DNA from: an uncultured Flavobacteriales bacterium | GTDB taxonomy: Bacteria; Bacteroidota; Bacteroidia; Flavobacteriales; UBA1820 | DNA: 64,000 bases | Assembly: GCA_902478645.1 (NCBI GenBank) | Contig: CABSLV010000003.1 | Span: 18,933-82,932, forward strand | Reading direction: 5' to 3' | Notes under the pieces: generated by a model | What the model was told of the DNA's origin: nothing | The model's database searches: none | The model's input: the letters and a program-made list of their open reading frames with translations, nothing else | Translations under genes and position numbers: made by a program | Shown here: in pieces, positions 19,589 to 28,803 of the stretch | Layout: every line of letters starts with the position of its first letter | Position numbering within the stretch: position 1 is the first letter of the stretch

Positions 19589-20878
19589 TCAATTTTTTTC
19601 TTCGGAACCACCTCCGGATTTCCCGCCGGAAGCATACTCGGTAGCCTCGACCTTGTACACCTTGTCGGCCATGCGCAATTTGAAATCCAGCGGCAAGGTT
19701 ACGTGGTCGCCTTTCCCCGCACGGGTCGCCGGACGGTCATCGACCATGAAGTCGCCCAGCACGAAAGTCTTCACCCCCGTGGTAGGCCCTGTAATGAGGA
19801 TCTCGTCCCCACGGTGCAACTCCGCCGCCTCGACCAGGATTTCGCCCACCCCCGGCTTGGGATAGTAATGCAATCCCCGCCCCACGTACACTTTCCGGCG
19901 GGTGGCATGCGAACCGGGATACCCGCTCCACTGGCCCATCCGACGCCCCAGGTAGTATCCCTCCCAAAAGCCCCGGTTGTACACCCCGCGCAAACGTTCT
20001 TCCCATTCGAGAGCCTTCTCCGCCGAGTATTCTCCCCGGGCGCAAGCATCGATCGCCTCCCGGTAAACCGAAACCACCGTCTGGACATATTCGGGCGAAC
20101 GACCGCGACCTTCGATCTTGAGAATCCTCACGCCGGCATCGACGATCCGGTCCAACAATCCGATGGTACACAAATCCTTGGGCGACATAATGTACGGATC
20201 ACCCACTTCCAGCTCGTACCCCGTTTCCTTGTCCCGAACCACATACGCCCGACGGCAATCCTGCCGGCAAGCCCCGCGGTTGGCCGAGGAATTGTGGGCA
20301 TGTAGACTGAGGTAGCACTTCCCGGAAATAGCCATGCAAAGTGCCCCGTGCCCGAAAATCTCGACCTCCACTTTTCGTCCGGAAGGCCCCTTGATACCCC
20401 GCTGGTCGATCTGCCGGCAGATCTCCTTGACCTGCGTCAGACTGAGTTCGCGCGCCAACACCATCGTATCGGCATAGGCCGAGAAAAACTCCACGGCCCG
20501 GATGTTCGAGATGTTCTGCTGGGTGGAGATATGCACCTCCAATCCCCTTGCCCGCGCAGCGAGAATTACGGAAATGTCCGACGCGATGACCGCACTCACT
20601 CCGGCCTGGACCGCCTTGTCGAGCAGGTCTTCGATGGCCTCCAGGTCATGGTCGTACACGATGGTATTGACCGCCAGATACGAGCGGACACCCCGCTCCC
20701 GGCAACGCTTCGCTACTTCCTCCAAGTCCTCTGCCGTGAAATTGACCGTCGCGCGGGCACGCATATTGAGCTGTCCTACACCGAAATATACCGAATCCGC
20801 ACCGGCGTCCAAAGCTGCCTGCAGCGATTCGTAATCGCCGGCGGGCGCCATCAATTCCAAAGGTCCTCGTCTTTCCAT
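19589..20878 (-). CDS. peptidase U32 family protein (collagenase-like; RlhA/TrhP/UbiU superfamily)
   Basis: ORF trimmed to ATG 20876-20878: MERRGPLELMAPAGDYESLQAALDAGADSVYFG..., ...GHGALCMAISGKCYLS...NRGACRQDCR, hallmark U32 motifs. Confidence 0.85.
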   Translation of the reverse strand: MERRGPLELMAPAGDYESLQAALDAGADSVYFGVGQLNMRARATVNFTAEDLEEVAKRCRERGVRSYLAVNTIVYDHDLEAIEDLLDKAVQAGVSAVIASDISVILAARARGLEVHISTQQNISNIRAVEFFSAYADTMVLARELSLTQVKEICRQIDQRGIKGPSGRKVEVEIFGHGALCMAISGKCYLSLHAHNSSANRGACRQDCRRAYVVRDKETGYELEVGDPYIMSPKDLCTIGLLDRIVDAGVRILKIEGRGRSPEYVQTVVSVYREAIDACARGEYSAEKALEWEERLRGVYNRGFWEGYYLGRRMGQWSGYPGSHATRRKVYVGRGLHYYPKPGVGEILVEAAELHRGDEILITGPTTGVKTFVLGDFMVDDRPATRAGKGDHVTLPLDFKLRMADKVYKVEATEYASGGKSGGGSEEKN

Positions 20879-20907
20879 CTTCACAGGGCAAAAGGATTGC
20901 CAAAAAG

Positions 20908-20915
20908 CAAAGATA
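20908..20915 (-). promoter_or_regulatory. candidate -7 box (TATCTTTG) for the U32/ferredoxin operon
   Basis: Minus strand TATCTTTG lies 29 nt upstream of the ATG; only a weak -33 (TTTTC) at about 21 nt spacing. Confidence 0.4.
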
Positions 20916-20948
20916 CGATTTTTGCTCGCAACCCGGAAAAGCGGGCAT

Positions 20949-20980
20949 AAAAAAGCTCCGCGCCCGAAAGGGCGCGGAGC
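20949..20980 (-). terminator. intrinsic terminator after tuf
   Basis: GCTCCGCGCCC-gaaa-GGGCGCGGAGC, 11-bp GC stem followed on the minus strand by TTTTTT. Confidence 0.8.
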
Positions 20981-21004
20981 CATATCGAAATCCTTGACAG
21001 ATTA

Positions 21005-22192
21005 TTAGTCGAGAATCTTGGTTACCTGGCCGGCACCTACCGTACGACCACCTTCGCGGATAGCGAAACGCAGACCCTGGTTCAGTGCGATGGGCTGAAG
21101 GAGTTCCACCGTGATGGTCAGGTTGTCGCCCGGCATTACCATCTCTACGCCTTCCGGCAGGGTGATCTCACCGGTTACGTCCGTGGTACGAACGTAGAAC
21201 TGCGGCCGATACTTGTTGTGGAACGGAGTGTGACGTCCGCCTTCTTCCTTGGACAGGATATACACCTCGCCCTGGAATTTCTTGTGCGGAGTTACGGACT
21301 TCGGAGCGCAGACTACCATACCACGACGGATCTGGTTCTTGTCGATACCGCGCAGCAGCAGACCTACGTTGTCACCAGCCTCACCCTCGTCGAGCAGTTT
21401 GCGGAACATTTCCACACCGGTGATCGTCGAAGTCAGTTTTTCAGCAGCCATACCGATGATTTCTACCGGGTCGCCCACTTTGGCCACACCCGTTTCGATA
21501 CGTCCGGTAGCCACCGTACCACGACCGGTGATCGAGAACACGTCCTCAACCGGCATCAGGAACGGTTTGTCCTTGTCACGAACCGGCTCTTCGATCCACT
21601 CGTCGACAGCGTCCATCAACTCTTCTACGGTCTTCACCCACTTCTCTTCACCGTTGAGGGCACCCAGTGCGGAACCCTTGATGATCGGGGTGTTGTCACC
21701 GTCGTACTGGTACAGATTCAGCAGGTCGCGAACCTCCATTTCTACCAACTCGAGCAACTCGGGGTCGTCCACCATGTCCACCTTGTTCAGGAATACGACA
21801 ATGCGAGGAACGCCTACCTGACGGGCGAGCAGGATGTGCTCACGGGTCTGAGGCATCGGGCCGTCGGTAGCAGCTACTACCAGGATAGCTCCGTCCATCT
21901 GAGCAGCACCCGTTACCATGTTCTTCACATAGTCGGCATGTCCCGGGCAGTCTACGTGAGCATAGTGACGTTTGTCGGTCTGATACTCTACGTGAGCCGT
22001 GTTGATGGTGATACCGCGCTCTTTTTCTTCAGGAGCAGCGTCGATCTGGTCGAACGCCTTTACCTCGGAAAGACCCTTGTCGGCCAGAACCTTGGTGATA
22101 GCAGCGGTAAGAGTCGTTTTACCGTGGTCCACGTGACCGATCGTACCGATGTTCAAATGCGGTTTGTCACGTTTGAAAGTTTCTTTTGCCAT
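21005..22192 (-). CDS. tuf: translation elongation factor Tu
   Basis: 395 aa, [33 protein letters not shown]...DCPGHADY...NKVD. Confidence 0.98.
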   Translation of the reverse strand: MAKETFKRDKPHLNIGTIGHVDHGKTTLTAAITKVLADKGLSEVKAFDQIDAAPEEKERGITINTAHVEYQTDKRHYAHVDCPGHADYVKNMVTGAAQMDGAILVVAATDGPMPQTREHILLARQVGVPRIVVFLNKVDMVDDPELLELVEMEVRDLLNLYQYDGDNTPIIKGSALGALNGEEKWVKTVEELMDAVDEWIEEPVRDKDKPFLMPVEDVFSITGRGTVATGRIETGVAKVGDPVEIIGMAAEKLTSTITGVEMFRKLLDEGEAGDNVGLLLRGIDKNQIRRGMVVCAPKSVTPHKKFQGEVYILSKEEGGRHTPFHNKYRPQFYVRTTDVTGEITLPEGVEMVMPGDNLTITVELLQPIALNQGLRFAIREGGRTVGAGQVTKILD

Positions 22193-22279
22193 TTTGCGAA
22201 ATGTTTATTACTTGTTTTCTGTTCAGTGAATATCGGGCCTTTCCAAGCCTTAATCCGCTTTGAAGGTTTCCCCTTTTTG

Positions 22280-22351
<72 letters not shown>

Positions 22352-22404
22352 ATTTGAATTGCGGTGATGTTTCTCCGGTGAAAAACCCACCTCATATCAG
22401 AGCG

Positions 22405-22435
22405 CAAAGGTAGGAAGTTTTATCATTTATCCAAA
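22405..22435 (-). promoter_or_regulatory. Bacteroidota-type promoter (TTTG-N19-TACCTTTG) for tRNA-Thr/tuf
   Basis: Minus strand TTTG (22435-22432), 19 nt, TACCTTTG (22412-22405), about 50 nt upstream of the tRNA. Confidence 0.65.
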
Positions 22436-22501
22436 TAGCCTGCGGTTTTTTTTTCGTTTTGAAAACATTTTTTTTTGACCGGCCCCGTCCGATAAAAAAA
22501 A

Positions 22502-22533
22502 TGCAGGTGCGCGAAGCAACCCGCGCACCTGCA
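22502..22533 (-). terminator. intrinsic terminator after hpf
   Basis: TGCAGGTGCGCG-aagcaacc-CGCGCACCTGCA, 12-bp stem flanked by an A-run and a T-run. Confidence 0.8.
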
Positions 22534-22551
22534 AAAAATACTGTTTTAAAA

Positions 22552-22842
22552 CTATTTAGCTTCGTTTTTGGCCCGCAACTTACGGCGCATCGAATCGGCA
22601 CACAAGTCGATGCATTCTTCGAAAGTCGTCGCCTGTTTCTTTACCATAAACGTCTCGCCGGGCACCCGGAGCTTGAGTTCTATCATTTTATTTTCCTTGT
22701 CGGAAGTGTTGAGCAGATGCAGATACACCTCGGCATCGATCACACGGTCGTAGAAAAGTTCCAGCTTGTCGAGTTTCTTTTGAATGAACTCCAACAGTTT
22801 CACATCCGCTTTGAAATGGATGGCTTGCGTAAGTACTTTCAT
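22552..22842 (-). CDS. hpf: ribosome hibernation promoting factor (HPF/RaiA family)
   Basis: 96 aa, MKVLTQAIHFKADVKLLEFIQKKLDKLELFYDRVIDAEVYL... short-HPF fold pattern. Confidence 0.85.
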   Translation of the reverse strand: MKVLTQAIHFKADVKLLEFIQKKLDKLELFYDRVIDAEVYLHLLNTSDKENKMIELKLRVPGETFMVKKQATTFEECIDLCADSMRRKLRAKNEAK

Positions 22843-22869
22843 GACGGTAACGTTTTGCGCCCTTCCCTT

Positions 22870-23760
22870 TTAGGAATGCTCGTCCCCGCGGGGATGGGCT
22901 TGGTTATACACTGATTTTAGTTTTCCCAGCGTCGTATGGGCATAAACCTGCGTGGAAGCCAGCGAAGAATGCCCCAGCAACTCCTTGACCGAGGAGATGT
23001 CCGCCCCCGCTTCCAACAAATGCGTAGCGAAGGTATGACGGAGCACATGGGGACTTTTCTTGTGCTTGACTGTCACAAGACCAAGATACTTATTTATTAT
23101 CCGATACACAAGAGTCGGCGACATTTTTTTGCCTTTTTTAGCAAACAAAAGGGTTTCCTTCACATTCTCCCCGCCCGAAAACAGCCCGAGGTATTCCCCA
23201 AGCGCCTCGCAAAGACGGGGATGCATCGGGACAAAGCGCTCCTTTCCCCCTTTGCCGCGCACCCGCAACATCGCCCGCCGAAAGTCCACATCGCCCAAGC
23301 GTACATCGCAAAGTTCCGAACAGCGAAGCCCGCAACCGTAAAAAAGTTCAACGATCATTCGATCCCGATCCCCGTCCGGATCGTCGCTGTACAGATCCGG
23401 ATCGAGCAAGTGTTGCATTTCCTGCACCGAATACGGTACCGTCGTGCGGTAAGGCTCCTTCAGATTGCCCTGGCGCATCATCGGAGAAATCCGGATCGCT
23501 CCCCGGCGCAACAAATACTTGAAATACGAACGCAGGGCGCTGATCTTGCGATTGACCGACGAAGGCGTATATCCCTGTTCCATCAGATGAACCACCCAGG
23601 CGCGCACCGCCTGAAAATCGATCGACGCATCCTCGGTCGGCGCCTGCATTGAAACGAGAAAACCCTCGAACTCCGAAAGGTCCGTCCCGTAAGCCTCCAC
23701 CGTATGGGGAGAATACTTCTTCTCCCACAACAGGTACTGGGTAAAATCCTCTATCCGCAT
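22870..23760 (-). CDS. tyrosine site-specific recombinase, XerC/XerD family
   Basis: ORF trimmed to ATG 23758-23760: MRIEDFTQYLLWEKKYSPHTVEAYGTDL... (SAM-like N-domain); catalytic ...RGKGGKERFVP..., HVLRHTFATHLL, LLGHSSLASTQVY. Confidence 0.8.
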   Translation of the reverse strand: MRIEDFTQYLLWEKKYSPHTVEAYGTDLSEFEGFLVSMQAPTEDASIDFQAVRAWVVHLMEQGYTPSSVNRKISALRSYFKYLLRRGAIRISPMMRQGNLKEPYRTTVPYSVQEMQHLLDPDLYSDDPDGDRDRMIVELFYGCGLRCSELCDVRLGDVDFRRAMLRVRGKGGKERFVPMHPRLCEALGEYLGLFSGGENVKETLLFAKKGKKMSPTLVYRIINKYLGLVTVKHKKSPHVLRHTFATHLLEAGADISSVKELLGHSSLASTQVYAHTTLGKLKSVYNQAHPRGDEHS

Positions 23761-23783
23761 CGCCTGGCCAAAACTCCTTTGGA

Positions 23784-23815
23784 CAAATGTAGTGAAAGGC
23801 GAGCGCAGCGGCAAA
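23784..23815 (-). promoter_or_regulatory. Bacteroidota-type promoter (TTTG-N20-TACATTTG) for xerC-hpf
   Basis: Minus strand TTTG (23815-23812), 20 nt, TACATTTG (23791-23784), 23 nt upstream of the xerC ATG. Confidence 0.6.
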
Positions 23816-23835
23816 TCGAAAACAACGTTTTCGCA
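23784..23835. repeat. direct repeat copy 1 (~52 bp, contains the xerC promoter core)
   Basis: caaatgtagtgaaaggcgagcgcagcggcaaatcgaaaacaacgttttcgca; aligns with 23868-23920 at about 80% identity. Confidence 0.8.
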
Positions 23836-23867
23836 TTCGACGATGCCGAGCCGCATCCTGCATTATC

Positions 23868-23920
23868 CAAATGCAGCGAAAGGCGAGCGCAGCGGCAAGG
23901 GAGAAAACGAAGTTTTCGCG
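23868..23920. repeat. direct repeat copy 2 (degenerate promoter copy)
   Basis: caaatgcagcgaaaggcgagcgcagcggcaagggagaaaacgaagttttcgcg; offset 84-85 bp from copy 1. Confidence 0.8.
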
Positions 23921-24007
23921 CAAAGACGCCAACAATCCCTTCTCTTTTGATATCTTTACCCCATCCATACGTATTTACCCAACGCCCCAACTATCCGAGA
24001 AAACAAT

Positions 24008-24574
24008 ATGATCCCGCAGAGTCTACCGACAATCAAATCAAGATCCGAATGGCGCGAATGGTTGGAACAAAACCACCGCAAACAGACCGAATGCTGGATC
24101 GCCGTCAAGCGAGGAAGACCAACAGATGACAACACCTTTTGGTATCTCGATGCCGTGGAAGAAGCCTTGTGTTTCGGCTGGATAGACAGCACCACCAAGA
24201 AAATGCCCGATGGCACAACCCTCCAAAGATTCTGCCCGCGACGCCCCCGCAGCAAATGGTCCGAATTGAACAAAGAGCGATGCCGAAGGATGGAACGACT
24301 GGGCCGAATGACAGACGACGGAAGAGCCGCCCTCCCGGATATGTCGGACAAAGGCTTCTCGATAGACCCCGACCTTTTGCAGGAATTACAGTCCGACCCC
24401 GTCGTATGGGAACATTTCTGCCGCCTGCCCGAATTGTACAAACGTGTGCGGATAGATACCATCCAGATAAAAAAGCACCAACCGAAACTGTACAGAAGCC
24501 GCCTGGAAAAATTCATGGAAAACACCCGACGAGGCCTGCTCTATGGGTGCTGGAACGACTACGGACGATTATAA
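24008..24574 (+). CDS. YdeI/OmpD-associated family protein
   Basis: 188 aa; SRSEWREWLEQNHRKQTECWI...DAVEEALCFGWIDS pattern of the YdeI-like family (from memory). Confidence 0.65.
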   Translation: MIPQSLPTIKSRSEWREWLEQNHRKQTECWIAVKRGRPTDDNTFWYLDAVEEALCFGWIDSTTKKMPDGTTLQRFCPRRPRSKWSELNKERCRRMERLGRMTDDGRAALPDMSDKGFSIDPDLLQELQSDPVVWEHFCRLPELYKRVRIDTIQIKKHQPKLYRSRLEKFMENTRRGLLYGCWNDYGRL

Positions 24575-24778
24575 GCCAAAACACCGTTCCACCTTCTACT
24601 TCAGCACTTATTCAACTTTACAACAAACGCCCCTACCCCGCCTTTCTCCGGAGAAGCAGAAAACACATATTCTCTTTCGGGAAATCCAAAGCAAAGAAAA
24701 ACCCCTTGCCGTTTTTAATTAATGTCGTTCCTTTGTAGTGTTCTTTCTGAAAAAATCTCTCTCGAAAGAAAACACACC

Positions 24779-25732
24779 ATGTCGCAATCCGTCAAAAGCC
24801 TTATCCTGCCGTTGGCCATGTTGATAGGCGGAGTGTTCTACGGTTTCTTCTCGCAGATCGCTGCCGCCATTCCGTATTTCATCTTCGCAATGCTCTTTCT
24901 GACATTCTGCCGCCTGTCTCCACGTGACGTGCGCCTGCACCGCCTGCATGCCGTCCTGTTGCTTATCCAGATAGGCGGAGGACTGGCCTTGTACTACGCG
25001 CTGGCCTTTCTGAACGTAACGGTGGCCGAAGGAGTCTTCATGTGCGTGCTGGCCCCCACTGCCATGGCCGCAACGGTCATCACCGGCATGTTGGGAGGAA
25101 ACGCCGGCTTCATGGCTACTTATACCTTAATAAGCAATGTCGGCATGGCTGTTCTCGCTCCGGCGGTATTCGCCCTGCTGGGAAAACAGGAAGGTCTCTC
25201 CTTCGCCCAAACCTTTTTATATGTATGCCGCCAACTCGCCCCGATGCTGGTCCTCCCGCTGGCCGTCGCCTGGGGACTGCGCTGGCTTGCCCCCAAAATC
25301 CACAAGGCCGTCGCCGCAAAGAGTCACCTCACCTTTTATATATGGGCCCTATCGCTCACCAGCATCACCGGACGTACGGTCCGTTTCCTGATCGAACAGC
25401 CCAACCCGGACTACCGCACCGAAACGGTCATCGCCCTGCTGGCATTGGCGGTATGCCTGGTCCAGTTCAAAAGCGGGAAAGCACTGGGCTCCCGCTGGGG
25501 CGACCGCATCGCTACCGGACAGGCCATGGGACAGAAAAACACAATCCTGGCCATCTGGATGGCGCAATCCTACCTCAATCCCATCGCTTCGGTCGGACCA
25601 GCCTCGTATGTCCTCTGGCAAAACATCGTCAATTCCTACCAGATATGGCTCAAAGGGCACCGGGAACGGCAAGTTTTGAAAAAAAGCACGGAAGAAGCAA
25701 AAAGTCTTGCACGGAAAAAAAATAATGTCTAA
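24779..25732 (+). CDS. polytopic membrane transporter, bile acid:Na+ symporter (BASS/SBF)-like
   Basis: ORF trimmed to ATG 24779; roughly 9-10 hydrophobic segments; LAPTAMAATVITGMLGGNAGFMATYTLISNV resembles the BASS signature region. Confidence 0.5.
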   Translation: MSQSVKSLILPLAMLIGGVFYGFFSQIAAAIPYFIFAMLFLTFCRLSPRDVRLHRLHAVLLLIQIGGGLALYYALAFLNVTVAEGVFMCVLAPTAMAATVITGMLGGNAGFMATYTLISNVGMAVLAPAVFALLGKQEGLSFAQTFLYVCRQLAPMLVLPLAVAWGLRWLAPKIHKAVAAKSHLTFYIWALSLTSITGRTVRFLIEQPNPDYRTETVIALLALAVCLVQFKSGKALGSRWGDRIATGQAMGQKNTILAIWMAQSYLNPIASVGPASYVLWQNIVNSYQIWLKGHRERQVLKKSTEEAKSLARKKNNV

Positions 25733-25747
25733 TTTCGCAACCACTTT

Positions 25748-25823
25748 ACAGGCGTAGCTCAGTTGGTAGAGCACTGGTCTCCAAAACCAGGTGTCGGGAG
25801 TTCGAGCCTCTCCGCCTGTGCCA
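25748..25823 (+). tRNA. tRNA-Trp (anticodon CCA), CCA end encoded
   Basis: ACAGGCG/CGCCTGT acceptor, GCTC-AGTTGGTA-GAGC, CTGGT-CTCCAAA-ACCAG, GGGAG-TTCGAGC-CTCTC, discriminator G then CCA; classical position before secE-nusG. Confidence 0.9.
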
Positions 25824-25862
25824 TAGAAACAGGACTTGAAATCTTTCGTCCTATCCAAAGTT

Positions 25863-25893
25863 TCCGCCGCGCGGGAGCGCGGCGGATTTTTTT
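25863..25893 (+). terminator. intrinsic terminator after tRNA-Trp
   Basis: TCCGCCGCGC-ggga-GCGCGGCGGA followed by TTTTTTT. Confidence 0.8.
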
Positions 25894-25999
25894 CGCCCCG
25901 ACAAGCAGGGACAAAACCCAACCCCCTACCCGCGGACACGAAAAAACACGACTAAAAAAAGTTTTTTCACTCCAACTGACCAACTTAAAAAAAAGTTCG

Positions 26000-26007
26000 T
26001 ATATTTG
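26000..26007 (+). promoter_or_regulatory. candidate -7 box (TATATTTG) for secE-nusG
   Basis: Perfect TAnnTTTG followed by CACTCGC, as at the tRNA-Glu promoter; no clear -33 TTTG. Confidence 0.45.
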
Positions 26008-26161
26008 CACTCGCCTTGGAGAAGGCTCATTTTGCACGTATATCGCTCATTATCAAAGTCAAATATTTGATTGATAGGGTGATAGCGAAATAAATGTGCT
26101 TTTGTCGCATCGGGAAAGATACGGGCGGCACGGGGCTTTCACAGAAACACACATCGAACCT

Positions 26162-26359
26162 ATGAAAGGTCTTATCCAATACATCAAGGATTCCTGGAAC
26201 GAATTGTTCGGGGGAAAAGTTACTTGGCCCACGTGGGAAGAAGCACAAAAACAGACTTGGATCGTGGCCATCGCTACGCTGATCCTGGCCGGTGCTACCG
26301 CTGCGGTGGACTTCCTGTTCAACAACGCGATCCAGGGAATATTCAGAATTCTCAACTAA
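26162..26359 (+). CDS. secE: preprotein translocase subunit SecE
   Basis: ORF trimmed to ATG 26162: MKGLIQYIKDSWNELFGGKVTWPTWEEAQKQTWIVAIATLILAG..., single C-terminal TM; precedes nusG. Confidence 0.85.
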   Translation: MKGLIQYIKDSWNELFGGKVTWPTWEEAQKQTWIVAIATLILAGATAAVDFLFNNAIQGIFRILN

Positions 26360-26380
26360 CCGGAAAAAACAACGGGCAAA

Positions 26381-26929
26381 ATGGCAGAAACTACCAAGAA
26401 GTGGTACGTGGTGCGGGCTATCAGCGGTCAGGAGCTTAAGGTAAAGAGCTACATCGAGCAGGAAATCGCACGGCTGGGCATGAACGACTACCTGGCCGGT
26501 GTGATGGTGCCGATGGAGAAGTTCTTTTCGGTTTCGGGCGGCAAGAAAGTCAGCAAGGAACGCCCTTTCTTCCCCGGCTACGTGATGATCGAAGCCAACC
26601 TGGACGGTGAAATGCTTCACCTGCTCCAAGGGATTCCCGGTGTAGTGGGCTTTCTGAGCGACCGTCCCGGAGGCGATCCGGTGCCGTTGCGCAAGAGCGA
26701 AGTCAACCGGATGCTGGGCAAGGTCGACGAGATGGCCGACATGCCCGAATCGGTGGTTATCCCGTTCGTGGTCGGCGAAGCGGTCAAGGTGATCGACGGA
26801 CCGTTCAACGGGTTCGACGGTACGGTGGAAGAGGTGAACAGCGAGAAACGCAAACTCAAGGTCGAGGTCAAGATCTTCGGCCGGAAAACCCCGCTGGAAT
26901 TGAATTTTTCCCAGGTGGAGAAGGTATAA
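26381..26929 (+). CDS. nusG: transcription termination/antitermination factor NusG
   Basis: 182 aa, KWYVVRAISGQELKVKSYIE (NGN domain), C-terminal KOW (VGEAVKVIDGPFNGFDGTVEEV). Confidence 0.95.
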   Translation: MAETTKKWYVVRAISGQELKVKSYIEQEIARLGMNDYLAGVMVPMEKFFSVSGGKKVSKERPFFPGYVMIEANLDGEMLHLLQGIPGVVGFLSDRPGGDPVPLRKSEVNRMLGKVDEMADMPESVVIPFVVGEAVKVIDGPFNGFDGTVEEVNSEKRKLKVEVKIFGRKTPLELNFSQVEKV

Positions 26930-27045
26930 CGTATCTCCCCCGGTGGAAAACTGAAAAAAGAAAATGTTACGCCAAAGATAGTCCCGGAGGGTTTGCTTCC
27001 AAATTTTGACCCGAAAGGACGGAAACAATTTTCAGTCAAAACAAA

Positions 27046-27492
27046 ATGGCAAAAGAAATCTTCAAAAAGATCAAATTGCAGTGCAAGGGCGGAGCAGCCA
27101 ATCCTTCCCCGCCAATCGGTCCTGCGCTTGGTTCGGCCGGTGTGAACATCATGGATTTCTGCAAACAGTTCAACGCGCGTACCCAGGACAAACAGGGTAA
27201 GCTCCTGCCTGTGCAGATCACCGTGTACACCGACAAGTCGTTCGACTTCGTCATCAAGACCACCCCGGTAGCCGTTCAGTTGATGGAAGCCGCCAAGATC
27301 AAGTCGGCCTCCGGCGAGCCCAACCGCAAAAAGGTAGCCGCCATCACCTGGGATCAGGTCAAGGAAATCGCTGCCGACAAGATGCCGGACCTGAATGCGT
27401 TCACCATCGAGAGTGCCATGTCCATGGTAGCCGGTACCGCTCGTTCAATGGGTATAACCATCAAGGGAGAGTCTCCTTTGAAAAAATCCTAA
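27046..27492 (+). CDS. rplK: 50S ribosomal protein L11
   Basis: 148 aa, [35 protein letters not shown]. Confidence 0.97.
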   Translation: MAKEIFKKIKLQCKGGAANPSPPIGPALGSAGVNIMDFCKQFNARTQDKQGKLLPVQITVYTDKSFDFVIKTTPVAVQLMEAAKIKSASGEPNRKKVAAITWDQVKEIAADKMPDLNAFTIESAMSMVAGTARSMGITIKGESPLKKS

Positions 27493-27501
27493 TCAAGCAT
27501 C

Positions 27502-28191
27502 ATGGCAAAACTGACAAAGAACCAGAAAGTAGCTGTAGCCAAGCTTGAGAAGAACAAGCTCTACACCGTGGAAGAAGCGTGTGCGCTGGTAAAAGAAACC
27601 TCGACCACCAAATTCGACGCTTCGGTGGACATCGCCGTTCGCCTGGGCGTAGACCCTCGTAAGGCCAACCAGATGGTTCGCGGCGTGGTATCCCTGCCCA
27701 ACGGTACGGGTAAAAGCGTACGCGTACTGGCGCTGGTAACCCCCGACAAGGAAGCGGAAGCTACCGAAGCCGGTGCCGACTACGTAGGTCTGGACGAATA
27801 CCTGGACAAGATCAAAGGTGGCTGGGCTGATGTCGATGTGATCATCACCGTTCCGGCTGTAATGGGTAAGTTGGGACCTCTGGGTCGTATTCTGGGACCC
27901 CGCGGCCTGATGCCTAACCCCAAGTCCGGTACCGTAACGATGGAAGTGGGCAAAGCCGTCAAGGAAGTGAAAGCCGGTAAGATCGACTTCAAGGTCGACC
28001 GCTACGGGATCGTTCACGCTGCGATCGGCAAAGTGTCGTTCGATGCGCCGAAAATCGCCGAGAACGCCCTGGAGTTGCTCCACACCCTGAACAAGATGAA
28101 ACCGGCCTCCGCCAAGGGCGTCTACATGAAGAGCGTTACGCTCTCCAGCACGATGGGCCCGGGAGTACCTGTAGATCCGAAAACCGTCTAA
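27502..28191 (+). CDS. rplA: 50S ribosomal protein L1
   Basis: 229 aa, [25 protein letters not shown]...[14 protein letters not shown]. Confidence 0.97.
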   Translation: MAKLTKNQKVAVAKLEKNKLYTVEEACALVKETSTTKFDASVDIAVRLGVDPRKANQMVRGVVSLPNGTGKSVRVLALVTPDKEAEATEAGADYVGLDEYLDKIKGGWADVDVIITVPAVMGKLGPLGRILGPRGLMPNPKSGTVTMEVGKAVKEVKAGKIDFKVDRYGIVHAAIGKVSFDAPKIAENALELLHTLNKMKPASAKGVYMKSVTLSSTMGPGVPVDPKTV

Positions 28192-28210
28192 CTCCTAGAA
28201 TGATAAGATT

Positions 28211-28753
28211 ATGACAAGAGAAGAGAAATCGCAGGTTATAGCCTCCATCACTCAGGAACTCGGCGGTCACGGCGTGATCTATCTGGCCGATATTTCCACC
28301 CTCAATGCTGCTGCCACCGACAAACTGCGCCGCGCTTGCTTCAATGCCGGCGTTCGTCTGGAAGTAGTCAAGAACACGCTTTTGGCCAAGGCGATGGAAG
28401 CCTGCGACAAGGATTTCCAGAACCTGACCGAAACCCTGAAGGGAAACACCGCTCTGATGCTTTTCAACGGAGCTGCCAACGTTCCCGGAAAGGTTATCAA
28501 GGATTTCCGTAAAAGCTCCGAGCGTCCCCTGCTCAAAGGCGCATGGATCGACAACGAGATCTATGTCGGCGACGATCAGTTGGGTACGCTGGCCAGCATC
28601 AAGTCCCGCGAGGAACTCATCGGCGAAATCATCGGCCTGTTGCAGTCTCCGATCCGCCGCCTGATCTCGGCCCTGGAGAACAAAGGCGAAGCTGCCGAAG
28701 CAAATGCAGAGGCCGCCGCTGCCGAAGAACCCAAAGCGGAATCCGCCGAATAA
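28211..28753 (+). CDS. rplJ: 50S ribosomal protein L10
   Basis: 180 aa; position between rplA and rplL; L10-like N-domain. Confidence 0.93.
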   Translation: MTREEKSQVIASITQELGGHGVIYLADISTLNAAATDKLRRACFNAGVRLEVVKNTLLAKAMEACDKDFQNLTETLKGNTALMLFNGAANVPGKVIKDFRKSSERPLLKGAWIDNEIYVGDDQLGTLASIKSREELIGEIIGLLQSPIRRLISALENKGEAAEANAEAAAAEEPKAESAE

Positions 28754-28803
28754 TTCCATCGAAACGCATTTATCTCATTATTAACTAAGTCAAAAAAAAC
28801 AAA

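Noticed and set aside
22870-23760. Tyrosine recombinase next to tRNA-Thr as the integrase of an integrated mobile element
   Set aside because: The sequence has Xer-type N- and C-terminal motifs. It is co-oriented with hpf and surrounded only by housekeeping genes. There is no duplicated tRNA 3' segment (att repeat) and no cargo genes. It fits a chromosomal XerC/D-family recombinase.
23784-23920. The two 52-bp direct repeats as a CRISPR array or minisatellite
   Set aside because: There are only two diverged copies with an approximately 32-nt spacer and no cas genes. Copy 1 coincides with the xerC promoter, so a promoter duplication is the simpler reading.
23348-24129. ORFs 23348-23968 (minus), 23704-24129 (plus) and 23751-23990 (minus) across the xerC/ydeI divergent region
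   Set aside because: They overlap the 5' part of xerC and the repeats. The repeated peptide KCSERRAQRQ simply mirrors the DNA duplication. There is no coding-like composition.
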